From Eubacteriales bacterium (GTDB lineage: Bacteria; Bacillota; Clostridia; Oscillospirales; CAG-272): a DNA stretch of 64,000 bases. The stretch is taken from assembly GCA_045651985.1 (NCBI GenBank), contig JAZRTK010000026.1, forward strand, positions 102,705 to 166,704, written 5' to 3'. The first letter of the stretch is position 1, and every line of letters starts with the position of its first letter. Below, in pieces: positions 19,419-28,253 of the stretch. The notes under the pieces were generated by a model. That model saw only the letters and a program-made list of their open reading frames with translations. It ran no database searches and had not been told where the DNA came from. Position numbers and translations under genes: made by a program.

Positions 19419-20573
19419 ATGCTTTATCTGCCTAACTTGAGAAGAAAAAAGACGCAGATGGCTCTGATCGGCATTATTTTGTCGGTCGCTCTTGCCGTCG
19501 TGCTGGTGATCCTTCTGAAAAACGCAAATCGCAACGATCGTGTAGAGCAGGACCGTCTGCATCAGCTTAACGAGGAGCTTCGCGGCACCTTTGACGAAGC
19601 CGACGACAAGCAGCAGGGGAACAAGGAGCTGCAGGAAAAGCTGAAAAAATACGACGTGTACCAGAAAATGAAGGAAGGACTTCAGGTAAACGCGCTGTTT
19701 CTGGGCAACGGGGCGGCGACCTCCGCAAGCTCGGGAAAGCGTCAGTGGGTATTTGACGCCGTTGATCTCTGGGAAGAAGAATTTGGTGTTACCGTTCATG
19801 GTGGAAATTATGCACGCGAGAATACGACGGCCTTTTACGGTTATACTATGATGAACGAGTATCCGAGGGGCTTGCGGTACGACATCGTGGTTTTATGCTA
19901 CGGTGCGGAGGACGACCCTGCGGATTTCGCTTTCTATTACGACGGACTTTTGCGCAGCATCAAAAATCAGAACGCAAAGTGTGAGATATACTGCATCATC
20001 GAGGCAAACGCGCAAGGCTATAACGAAAATGCCGAGACGGTGCGCCTGCTCAGTGATTATTACGGCGCGGTCTGCATAGACATGATACAGTATTTTAAAG
20101 ACAACGACGTGAATTTCGCCACGGCGCTGGACGGAATCAACCCCACGGCCCAGGGAAGCGACGTCTATCTTGACGCACTTCAGGCGACTGTAAAGGGAAA
20201 TCTCAACAGCGAGCGCCGTGTACCCGAGAGAACGGCACCGTACGATTCGCAGGCAGACCGATTTGACAAGTTTACCTTTGTTGAGTCAAAGGCTCTGAGC
20301 CGTGCTACCGTCACGTCCTATGAGTATGTGACAAGCGATCCTATTGCGGGTATTCTGTATTACAATTCAAACGACGGTGGCACTATCCGCATCTACGCCA
20401 ACGACGTCCTCGTTGCTACAATTGACAACCGCGCAAAGGGAATCGAAGGCCGCAGGATAGCCACGGCTATGGTGGGCAAGGACCTTGAAGGTCGGACGGT
20501 CATACGTATTGAAGCGGGAACTCAGGAAAACCTGACAAATGTTGCCGGAATCGCCACCTGCACAAAAAAATAA
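19419..20573 (+). CDS. membrane-anchored SGNH-hydrolase-like protein with substituted catalytic residues
   Basis: N-terminal TM helix. The blocks resemble SGNH I/III/V but read LFLGNGAA, LCYGAEDD and DGINPTAQG in place of GDS, GxND and DxxH. Confidence 0.45.
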   Translation: MLYLPNLRRKKTQMALIGIILSVALAVVLVILLKNANRNDRVEQDRLHQLNEELRGTFDEADDKQQGNKELQEKLKKYDVYQKMKEGLQVNALFLGNGAATSASSGKRQWVFDAVDLWEEEFGVTVHGGNYARENTTAFYGYTMMNEYPRGLRYDIVVLCYGAEDDPADFAFYYDGLLRSIKNQNAKCEIYCIIEANAQGYNENAETVRLLSDYYGAVCIDMIQYFKDNDVNFATALDGINPTAQGSDVYLDALQATVKGNLNSERRVPERTAPYDSQADRFDKFTFVESKALSRATVTSYEYVTSDPIAGILYYNSNDGGTIRIYANDVLVATIDNRAKGIEGRRIATAMVGKDLEGRTVIRIEAGTQENLTNVAGIATCTKK

Positions 20574-20610
20574 CCAACCAACCGTAAAAACGGCTGAGAA
20601 CGGAGGGTAA

Positions 20611-21546
20611 ATGAATATAGAACTAAGAGAACTTAACGAAAAAGCCGAAAAAGACCTCATTGCCCTTTGTACAATGTCGGATAAGGATTATCTGGCTCGT
20701 CTGACACAGGTCTGCGACGAGCTGGAGGCGGCAGACGGAAAACGAAAGGTTCTGCTTCTGGCGGGGCCAAGCGGCTCAGGCAAGACTACCTCCGCCGCCA
20801 TAATCGAGGATATTTTGCACAAACGAGGGCACGTGGCCTGGGATATTTCTCTTGATGATTTTTACCGTTCCAAGGACGATCCTCTTTACCCCCGCGACGA
20901 AAAGGGACAGCTTGACATGGAGTCTGTCCACTCTTTGCGGGTGGATAAGATAAGAGAGTGCATCTCGTCCCTGCTTTCGGGAAATGAAACGGTGATACCC
21001 CGATATATCTTTGGGGAGATCGGTCAGATAATCGAGGACGGCGAGCATATAAAAGTGCCCGAGGGGGGAGTGGTCATAATCGAAGGATTACACGCGCTCA
21101 ATCCGATTCTTACCGAGGGAATTCTGACCGAAGGCATTTTCCGTATGTTCATCAGCGTTTCTACCAACGTTGTAAGCGGCGGCGAGCGCATAATCTCGGG
21201 ACGGAAATTGAGATTTATCCGTCGTGTTGTGCGGGACTACTACTTTCGCGGCATGAGTGCCGACAGGACCTTTAGGGTCTGGCAGAGCGTGCTTGCGGGG
21301 GAGGATAAGTACCTTTATCCCTACCGCTGCCTGGCTGACGTGACAATAAACACCTTCCACCCATGTGAGCTTTCGGTGATGAAGCCTTTCGCGGTCCCCG
21401 TACTTGAGACGCTGACAAAAAAGAACGACTATACCGACACAGTAAAGGCCGCCGTGGCACAATTCTGTTCGGTGACCGCGGAGGAGGCGTTTGCCGCTCT
21501 GTCGGAAAATTCGCTTCTGCGGGAGTTTATCCCCTCGGAAGAGTAA
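20611..21546 (+). CDS. uridine kinase / PRK-family P-loop nucleoside kinase-like protein
   Basis: Walker A GPSGSGKTT and the later IIEGLHALN motif. Confidence 0.6.
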   Translation: MNIELRELNEKAEKDLIALCTMSDKDYLARLTQVCDELEAADGKRKVLLLAGPSGSGKTTSAAIIEDILHKRGHVAWDISLDDFYRSKDDPLYPRDEKGQLDMESVHSLRVDKIRECISSLLSGNETVIPRYIFGEIGQIIEDGEHIKVPEGGVVIIEGLHALNPILTEGILTEGIFRMFISVSTNVVSGGERIISGRKLRFIRRVVRDYYFRGMSADRTFRVWQSVLAGEDKYLYPYRCLADVTINTFHPCELSVMKPFAVPVLETLTKKNDYTDTVKAAVAQFCSVTAEEAFAALSENSLLREFIPSEE

Positions 21547-21566
21547 GCAAGAAAGAGATAATTTAT

Positions 21567-22790
21567 ATGAGTTTTAGAGAAAACAGTTCGGATAATATAA
21601 TCAGACTTTATTCCACTCTGCCCACCCTTCCTCTGCATAAGGTGCGTGTCGAGATCGACTTGTCTGCGCTCCGCGCAAATTACAGGGCAGTAAAGGACAA
21701 GGCGGAGAAGATATCACGGGGAAAAAAACCGAAGGTTATCTCGGTGGTAAAGGCTGACGCCTACGGACACGGCGCCGACCGCGTAACCGAAGCACTTATA
21801 TCTGAAGGCTGCGATTTTTTTGCGGTCTCATGCATTGAGGAAGCTATTTCGGTGCGCCGCGTCTGTGACGAGGCGGGGGTTGACGCTCAAATTCTTATTT
21901 TGGGATATACCTTGCCCGAGGAAGCGCATATTCTGGCGGAAAAAAGAATAATCCAGACGGTGTTTTCTCCTGAATACGCCGCTGAGCTTGAGTGCGCGGC
22001 GCAAAAGAGCGGGTGTAAGATCCCCGTTCACGTAAAGCTGGACACGGGCATGAACCGACTTGGTTTTTTGAGCCGAACAGATGCGGAAATAAAACAGACG
22101 GCGTGTGATATAGAACGGCTGTCCTCTATGGCGGGACTTGACGTGCAGGGAATTTTTACTCACTTTGCAAAGGCTGACGAGATAGAGGGCGAAGACTCCC
22201 TTACCGACCGTCAGATAAGCCGATTCAATGCGGTGTGCTCGGCTCTTGAAGAAAAGGACTGCTGTCCCCCTGTAAGACATGCGTCAAACAGCGCCGCCAC
22301 GGTGCGTTTTGGGGGACTGGGACTGGATTACGTCCGTGCGGGCATCGTGCTGTACGGTGCCAAGCCCTCACACGACATCGACGCCGATTATCTGCGTCCC
22401 GTAATGAAGCTCAAAACGGTAATTTCACATATCCATAAGCTGGGCATAGGCGACACGGTCGGCTACGGCGGGACATTCAAAGCCGAGCGCGAGATGACGG
22501 TTGCGACTTTGCCCATAGGATACGCCGACGGATTTGTACGCGCGTACGGCGGGGCTTTTGTGACCGTTGAGACGGCAAAGGGCGAATACAAAGCGCCGAT
22601 TATCGGACGTATCTGCATGGACCAGTGCATGATAGACGTGAGCGACGTTGAGTGCTCTGTGGGCGACCCCGTTCGTATCTTCGGCGGTGACCCGCGCGAG
22701 CTTTACGATCTGGCAAATCAGGCGGGAACAATTGATTACGAGTGCCTTTGCTTGGTTAGCGCAAGAGTGCCGAGAGTTTATAAAAATTAA
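21567..22790 (+). CDS. alr: alanine racemase
   Basis: PLP-lysine motif VVKADAYGHG, plus C-terminal GRICMDQ. Confidence 0.9.
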   Translation: MSFRENSSDNIIRLYSTLPTLPLHKVRVEIDLSALRANYRAVKDKAEKISRGKKPKVISVVKADAYGHGADRVTEALISEGCDFFAVSCIEEAISVRRVCDEAGVDAQILILGYTLPEEAHILAEKRIIQTVFSPEYAAELECAAQKSGCKIPVHVKLDTGMNRLGFLSRTDAEIKQTACDIERLSSMAGLDVQGIFTHFAKADEIEGEDSLTDRQISRFNAVCSALEEKDCCPPVRHASNSAATVRFGGLGLDYVRAGIVLYGAKPSHDIDADYLRPVMKLKTVISHIHKLGIGDTVGYGGTFKAEREMTVATLPIGYADGFVRAYGGAFVTVETAKGEYKAPIIGRICMDQCMIDVSDVECSVGDPVRIFGGDPRELYDLANQAGTIDYECLCLVSARVPRVYKN

Positions 22791-22817
22791 GGAAAGCCTT
22801 CTTGGAAAAGGAGAAAT

Positions 22818-23429
22818 ATGTCAAAGATAAATTGGAAGGGCAGTACGCTTCTCTCCCCCGTGCCGCCGACCATGGTAAGCTGCGGCGATATTGACGGAGA
22901 GTGTAACATAATAACCATCGCCTGGACGGGAATTATCAATTCCCAGCCCCCAAAGACCTACATATCGGTGCGGCCTGAGCGCCATTCCTATAAAATCATA
23001 AAGGAAAGCGGAGAGTTCGTTATCAACCTGACAAGCGCGTCCCTTGCGCACGCCGCCGATTATTGCGGAGTTTATACGGGAGCAAAGGTGGATAAATTCG
23101 AAAAGTGCAAGTTCACAAAAGAACGGGCGACTCAGGTAAAATGCCCCATGATAGCCGAAAGCCCGCTGTCCCTTGAGTGTAAGGTCACGGACGTGATAGA
23201 GCTTGGAAGCCACCATATGTTTTTAGCCGACATCGTGGCTGTGAACGTGTCAGAGGAGCTTTTGGGACAGGACGGAAAGCTCCGTATCGAAAAAGCGGAG
23301 CTTTGCGCTTACGCCCACGGAGATTATTTTTCTTTGGGAAAAAAGCTGGGCAAATTCGGCTTCTCCGCTGCGAGGAAGAAAACGAAAAAAAGAAAACAAA
23401 AAAACAGAAGTTCAATTCAAGCGAGGTAG
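22818..23429 (+). CDS. flavin reductase family protein with a Lys/Arg-rich C-terminal tail
   Basis: ITIAWTGIINSQPP...ISVRPERHSY split-barrel motifs. The tail is KKTKKRKQKNRS. Confidence 0.8.
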   Translation: MSKINWKGSTLLSPVPPTMVSCGDIDGECNIITIAWTGIINSQPPKTYISVRPERHSYKIIKESGEFVINLTSASLAHAADYCGVYTGAKVDKFEKCKFTKERATQVKCPMIAESPLSLECKVTDVIELGSHHMFLADIVAVNVSEELLGQDGKLRIEKAELCAYAHGDYFSLGKKLGKFGFSAARKKTKKRKQKNRSSIQAR

Positions 23430-23432
23430 CAA

Positions 23433-25433
23433 ATGGCAAATACTGCAAGCTCAAAAAAGAAATACAACGACCAGAGTATAACCTCACTCAAGGGTGCGGA
23501 CCGAGTGAGAAAACGCCCGGGCGTAATTTTCGGCTCGGACGGTCTTGAGGGTTGCGAGCACTCATTTTTTGAGATACTTTCCAACTCCGTGGACGAGGCG
23601 AGAGAGGGTCACGGCAGCGAGATAAAAATAACCGTTTTTTCGGACAAGTCCCTGCAGGTCGAGGACTTTGGCCGCGGCGTACCTCTTGGCTGGAACGAAA
23701 AAGAGGGCAAATATAACTGGGAGCTTGTATTCTGCGAGCTTTACGCGGGCGGTAAGTACAATAATAACGGCGGCGACTCCGCTTACCAGTATTCCTTGGG
23801 TCTAAACGGTCTTGGCGCTTGCGCTACCCAGTACAGCTCCGAATACATGGAGGTCTATTCCTACGACGGCGCGCACCTAAGCACCATCAGCTTTAAGCGC
23901 GGCGAGCCCGCCTCCGAGTTCATAGTCCGAGACCTTGAAAAGAAGGAAAAGCGCACGGGTACGGTCATAAAATGGCGTCCCGATATCGAGGTCTTTACCG
24001 ACATCAATATCCCGTGCGAGTTTTTTGCGGACGTTCTTCACCGTCAAGCGGTGGTAAACTCGGGTATCAAGTTCACGCTCAAGATCGAGCAGGAGGACAA
24101 AAAGTTTACCGAGCAGAGCTTTTATTACGAAAACGGAATCGAGGATTACATTAAAGAGATCGCGGGAGAGGACACGCTTACGTCCCCCGTGCTGTGGAGG
24201 ATGGAGACCTCGGGCCGCGACCGCGAAGATAAGGATGCGTACAAGCTGAAAGCCGAGTTTTCCTTCTGCGTTTCAAACAGAGTAAATATGCTTGAATATT
24301 ACCACAATTCAAGCCATCTGGAGCACGGCGGTTCTCCCGACAAGGCGGTTAAGATCGCCTTTGTTTCCGCGCTTGACAAGTACATCAAAGGTGCGGGCAA
24401 GTACAAGCAAAAGGAAGCGAAGATAACCTTTGGTGACGTTGCCGACTGCTTGGTGCTGGTAATAAACAGCTTTTCAACCGTAACGTCCTATGAAAACCAG
24501 ACCAAAAAATCTATCACCAACACCTTTATTTACGAGGCGATGCGTGATTATCTGGTGCAGAATCTGGATATTTACTTCCGTGAGCACCCTGCGGACGCGG
24601 AAAAATTCGCGAATCAGGTGCTTGTAAACAAGAGAAGCCGCGAGTCGGCGGAAAGCACCCGAATCGACATAAAAAAGAAGCTGACGGGCACTATCGGCAT
24701 CGCAAACCGCGTTGAAAATTACATCGACTGCCGCTCCAAAGACCCTGCCGTGCGTGAGGTCTATATCGTGGAGGGTAAGTCGGCGCTGGGCTCCTGTAAA
24801 TTGAGCCGAAACGCCGAATTTCAGGCACTTATCCCCGTGCGCGGTAAGACACTCAACTGCTTAAAGAGCAGCTACGAGAAGATATTCAAAAACGATATTA
24901 TTACCGACCTGCTCCGTGTCATCGGCTGCGGAGTCGAGATCGACGGCAAGATAAAGGGCGATATACCCAAGTTTGACATAAATAATCTGCGCTGGTCGAA
25001 GATCATTATTTGTACCGATGCGGACGAGGACGGATTCCAGATAAGGACCCTGATCCTTACCATGTTCTACCGCTTGCTTCCCACGCTTATCAAGGAAGGC
25101 AAGGTATTTATTGCCGAGACTCCCCTGTTTGAGATAACAACAAAGGACAAGACCTATTTTGCCTACGACGAGTTTGAGAAGACGGATATTCTCCGATCTC
25201 TGGGTGATCAGAAATACAAGCTTCAGCGTTCAAAGGGTCTGGGTGAAAACAGTCCCGAAATGATGGCGCTCACCACCATGAATCCCGAGACCCGTCGTCT
25301 TATTGCCATTACCGAGGCGGACGCGGAGACCACTGCCTGGATATTTGAGACTCTCCTTGGAGACGACCTGCCTGCGAGAAAGGAATTTATCGCAATCAAC
25401 GGAAAGGACTACGTAAAGGACGCAGATATCTGA
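23433..25433 (+). CDS. type IIA DNA topoisomerase subunit B (GyrB/ParE-family paralog)
   Basis: GHKL N-box EILSNSVDE, FGRGVP, Toprim VEGKSALGS, PVRGKTLN and DADEDGFQIRTL. No A-subunit gene is adjacent. Confidence 0.85.
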   Translation: MANTASSKKKYNDQSITSLKGADRVRKRPGVIFGSDGLEGCEHSFFEILSNSVDEAREGHGSEIKITVFSDKSLQVEDFGRGVPLGWNEKEGKYNWELVFCELYAGGKYNNNGGDSAYQYSLGLNGLGACATQYSSEYMEVYSYDGAHLSTISFKRGEPASEFIVRDLEKKEKRTGTVIKWRPDIEVFTDINIPCEFFADVLHRQAVVNSGIKFTLKIEQEDKKFTEQSFYYENGIEDYIKEIAGEDTLTSPVLWRMETSGRDREDKDAYKLKAEFSFCVSNRVNMLEYYHNSSHLEHGGSPDKAVKIAFVSALDKYIKGAGKYKQKEAKITFGDVADCLVLVINSFSTVTSYENQTKKSITNTFIYEAMRDYLVQNLDIYFREHPADAEKFANQVLVNKRSRESAESTRIDIKKKLTGTIGIANRVENYIDCRSKDPAVREVYIVEGKSALGSCKLSRNAEFQALIPVRGKTLNCLKSSYEKIFKNDIITDLLRVIGCGVEIDGKIKGDIPKFDINNLRWSKIIICTDADEDGFQIRTLILTMFYRLLPTLIKEGKVFIAETPLFEITTKDKTYFAYDEFEKTDILRSLGDQKYKLQRSKGLGENSPEMMALTTMNPETRRLIAITEADAETTAWIFETLLGDDLPARKEFIAINGKDYVKDADI

Positions 25434-25542
25434 TAAAGCCCCGCGATCCTTCCGTCATTACTTAAAGAGGGAAGATATATACGGAAGCGCAGCATCGGGC
25501 AAGAGGGTGACGCATGACAAAATAAAGGAAAGGCGGTGTCTT

Positions 25543-25875
25543 ATGGGATTCCTTACAAATCTGTTCTCCAAAAAGAGCGAGGACAGCGTGAAATTCAGAC
25601 GAGAAATGGCGCAGAAGATAGCAAAACAGCGCATCCGCTACGTCACCGAGAAGAAAAACGATATAGAGGAAGTTATCGGTAAGGACGGTGCTTTCAGTAT
25701 CCGTGACGGCAGGTTTATCGTTTTTGCCTCCTCCGACGTGCTTTTCCGCACAAACGTGGACGACCTTCGTGCCTGGGAGCTTCTTTCGGGCGAGGGCGCG
25801 GTGCTTACGGGCCCCGACCTTGACCGTGGCGGAGAGGAGCGGACGATTACTGCTTTTTACGTCTATTACAGGTGA
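25543..25875 (+). CDS. hypothetical protein (110 aa)
   Basis: The ATG at 25543 follows AAGGAAAGG. No family recognised. Confidence 0.45.
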   Translation: MGFLTNLFSKKSEDSVKFRREMAQKIAKQRIRYVTEKKNDIEEVIGKDGAFSIRDGRFIVFASSDVLFRTNVDDLRAWELLSGEGAVLTGPDLDRGGEERTITAFYVYYR

Positions 25876-25905
25876 GCTTTTCTCGACTGATTTTGCTAAT
25901 TTCCG

Positions 25906-25964
25906 TTGACACATTTAACATAGAATGATATAATAGTTGCAAGTGAAACGATTCGCTTGCAACT
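25906..25964 (+). promoter_or_regulatory. consensus sigma-A promoter with an overlapping perfect inverted repeat (probable MarR operator)
   Basis: TTGACA (25906-25911), 17-nt spacer, TATAAT (25929-25934). This is immediately followed by AGTTGCAAG (25935-25943), a 12-nt gap and CTTGCAACT (25956-25964). Confidence 0.55.
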
Positions 25965-26069
25965 ATTTTATGTAAATCTCTTTTAAAAGGGGAGAGCGAT
26001 ATTTAAACAATATCGTTCTTGTAGATGTCAATAAAAACCGTTTATATCAGACCGAAGGGAGACGTTTTT

Positions 26070-26531
26070 ATGCCGTCATTTCACAGATTCATTTTGATAC
26101 TTAACCGCTGCTCTACTTTGTTCCGTGCCGAAAGGACGCCCGACGAGGAATTGCCGCCTTATCTGCAGACCTACATTCTGCCAATCTGCAACACCCCGGG
26201 AATGTCACAGGATCAGCTTGCAAAGCTTATGTTCATAAACAAGAGCAACGTGGCTCGGCACTTGGCTGCCCTTGAAAAAATGGGCTACGTCGAGCGCCGA
26301 CAGAACGAGGACGACCGCCGCGTGACCAACGTTTTTCCCACCGACCGCGCGTATGAGATAAAGACGGAGCTGATAGAGGGGATCCGTGAGTGGAACAGCT
26401 ATATCATGGGAGAATTTTCCGAGGAGGAGGCCGCTGTTTTCTACAATATGCTCTCCCGCGCCGCAGACCGCGCCGCGTCTTTGGCGAGGCGTAATTTCGA
26501 GGAGGAAGAGCAGCGGGAGGATAGTCAATGA
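26070..26531 (+). CDS. MarR family transcriptional regulator
   Basis: Winged-HTH region MSQDQLAKLMFINKSNVARHLAALEKMGYVERRQNEDDRR. The ATG follows AAGGGAG. Confidence 0.85.
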   Translation: MPSFHRFILILNRCSTLFRAERTPDEELPPYLQTYILPICNTPGMSQDQLAKLMFINKSNVARHLAALEKMGYVERRQNEDDRRVTNVFPTDRAYEIKTELIEGIREWNSYIMGEFSEEEAAVFYNMLSRAADRAASLARRNFEEEEQREDSQ

Positions 26532-28246
26532 GACTGTTTTTTAAATACTCCAAGCCGTTTGGCGCGCTTGTGGGAGCGGGACTGATAATAAAAATATTAG
26601 GTACGCTCTCGGAGCTTGTTATTCCCTTTATCTTGGAGCATATAATCGACGTTGTGGTGCCCACGGGCAACGTCAGAGCGATTCTTTGGTGGGGTGTGGC
26701 CATGATAGCCACGGCTCTTTTGACCTTGCTTCTTAATATTGTTGCAAACCGCATGGCGTCAAAGGTGGCGCGAAACGTCACCGAAAAGGTGCGCCACGAC
26801 CTTTTCCGCCGAGTAATGTACTTAACCTCGGCGCAGATAGACAAGCTTACCGTTCCCAGCCTTGAATCGAGACTGACCTCGGACACCTTCCAGATACACA
26901 GGGTGGTTGGAATGGTTCTCCGCATGGGGGTACGCGCGCCCATTCTTTTGGTGGGGGGCGTGCTGGTGGCGCTGGCGCTTGACCCCGTCATGACGCTTGT
27001 CATGGTGGGAACTCTGCCCTTTATCGCGATTTCCGTGCTATTCGTGTCTGCCAAAGGTATTAGGCTTTTCACAGGCGTGCAGAGCAAGGTGGACGCTATG
27101 ACGGGTGTGGTGCGTGAGAACGCAACGGGTATCCGCGTGGTAAAGGCGCTCTCAAAAACGGACTACGAAAAGCGGCATTTCGACTCTGCCAATGAAGATC
27201 TTGTCCGTGCCGAAAAGCGCGCACAGCTTACAATGGCACTGTCAAATCCGCTTATAACCTTCTTTCTCAACGCGGGACTTGCCGCCGTCATCGTGGTGGG
27301 GGCTTACCGCGTGCAGGGGGCGGTCACAAAGCCGGGCGTTATCATTGCGTTTATGTCATATTTCAATATAATTGCCACAGCCATGATAGCCATAACCCGA
27401 ATCTTTACCATGATGTCGCGCGGTATTGCGTCTGCTAACAGGATAAACGAGGTAATAGAGCTGAATCAGGAGCTTACACCCGTTGAAAATACCGAGAAAT
27501 GCCCCCGCGAGGGCTACGTTGTGTTCGACCGCGTAAGATTCTCGTTCTCCAAAATGAAAAACACTCTCACAGACATGGATTTTTCCCTGCCCAAAGGCGG
27601 AACGCTTGGGATCATCGGTGCCACGGGCTCGGGAAAGACCACCGTCATTCAGCTTCTTATGCGCTATTACGACGCCCATAAGGGTGCCGTTTATATTGAC
27701 GGCCGCGACGTGCGGTCTTATACGTCGGAGGAGCTTTATTCAAAGATAGGGATCGTCCGCCAGAACGACTTTATCTATAACGACACCATTGAGGAAAATA
27801 TCAGCTTCGGCCGCGACCTTCCCCGCAGTGACGTAGAAAACGCCGCGAGGATAGCCCAGGCTCACGAATTTATTTCGGAGCTTGAAGCGGGCTACGACCA
27901 CATGCTCACCTCAAAGGGTACGAACGTCTCGGGCGGTCAGCGCCAAAGACTTCTTATTTCACGCGCACTTGCGGGTAAGCCCGAGCTTCTGATTCTTGAT
28001 GACAGCTCCTCGGCGCTTGACTATAAGACCGACGCAAATCTGCGCCGTGCCATTTCGGAAAATACGGATGGCACCACGCAGGTGATCGTGGCACAGCGCG
28101 TCAGCTCTATCATGGGCTCCGACCTTATTTTGGTGCTTGACGAGGGCAAGATAGTTGCATCAGGAAAGCATGAGGAGCTTATGGAAAACTGCGCACTCTA
28201 CCGTGAGATCAGCGAATCGCAGTTGGGAGGTGCATTCCTTGAATAG
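26528..28246 (+). CDS. ABC exporter, fused permease/ATPase (heterodimer half 1)
   Basis: Six-TM domain, then GATGSGKTT, VSGGQRQR and LILDDSSSALD. Confidence 0.9.
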   Translation: MRLFFKYSKPFGALVGAGLIIKILGTLSELVIPFILEHIIDVVVPTGNVRAILWWGVAMIATALLTLLLNIVANRMASKVARNVTEKVRHDLFRRVMYLTSAQIDKLTVPSLESRLTSDTFQIHRVVGMVLRMGVRAPILLVGGVLVALALDPVMTLVMVGTLPFIAISVLFVSAKGIRLFTGVQSKVDAMTGVVRENATGIRVVKALSKTDYEKRHFDSANEDLVRAEKRAQLTMALSNPLITFFLNAGLAAVIVVGAYRVQGAVTKPGVIIAFMSYFNIIATAMIAITRIFTMMSRGIASANRINEVIELNQELTPVENTEKCPREGYVVFDRVRFSFSKMKNTLTDMDFSLPKGGTLGIIGATGSGKTTVIQLLMRYYDAHKGAVYIDGRDVRSYTSEELYSKIGIVRQNDFIYNDTIEENISFGRDLPRSDVENAARIAQAHEFISELEAGYDHMLTSKGTNVSGGQRQRLLISRALAGKPELLILDDSSSALDYKTDANLRRAISENTDGTTQVIVAQRVSSIMGSDLILVLDEGKIVASGKHEELMENCALYREISESQLGGAFLE

Positions 28247-28253
28247 AGGTAAC

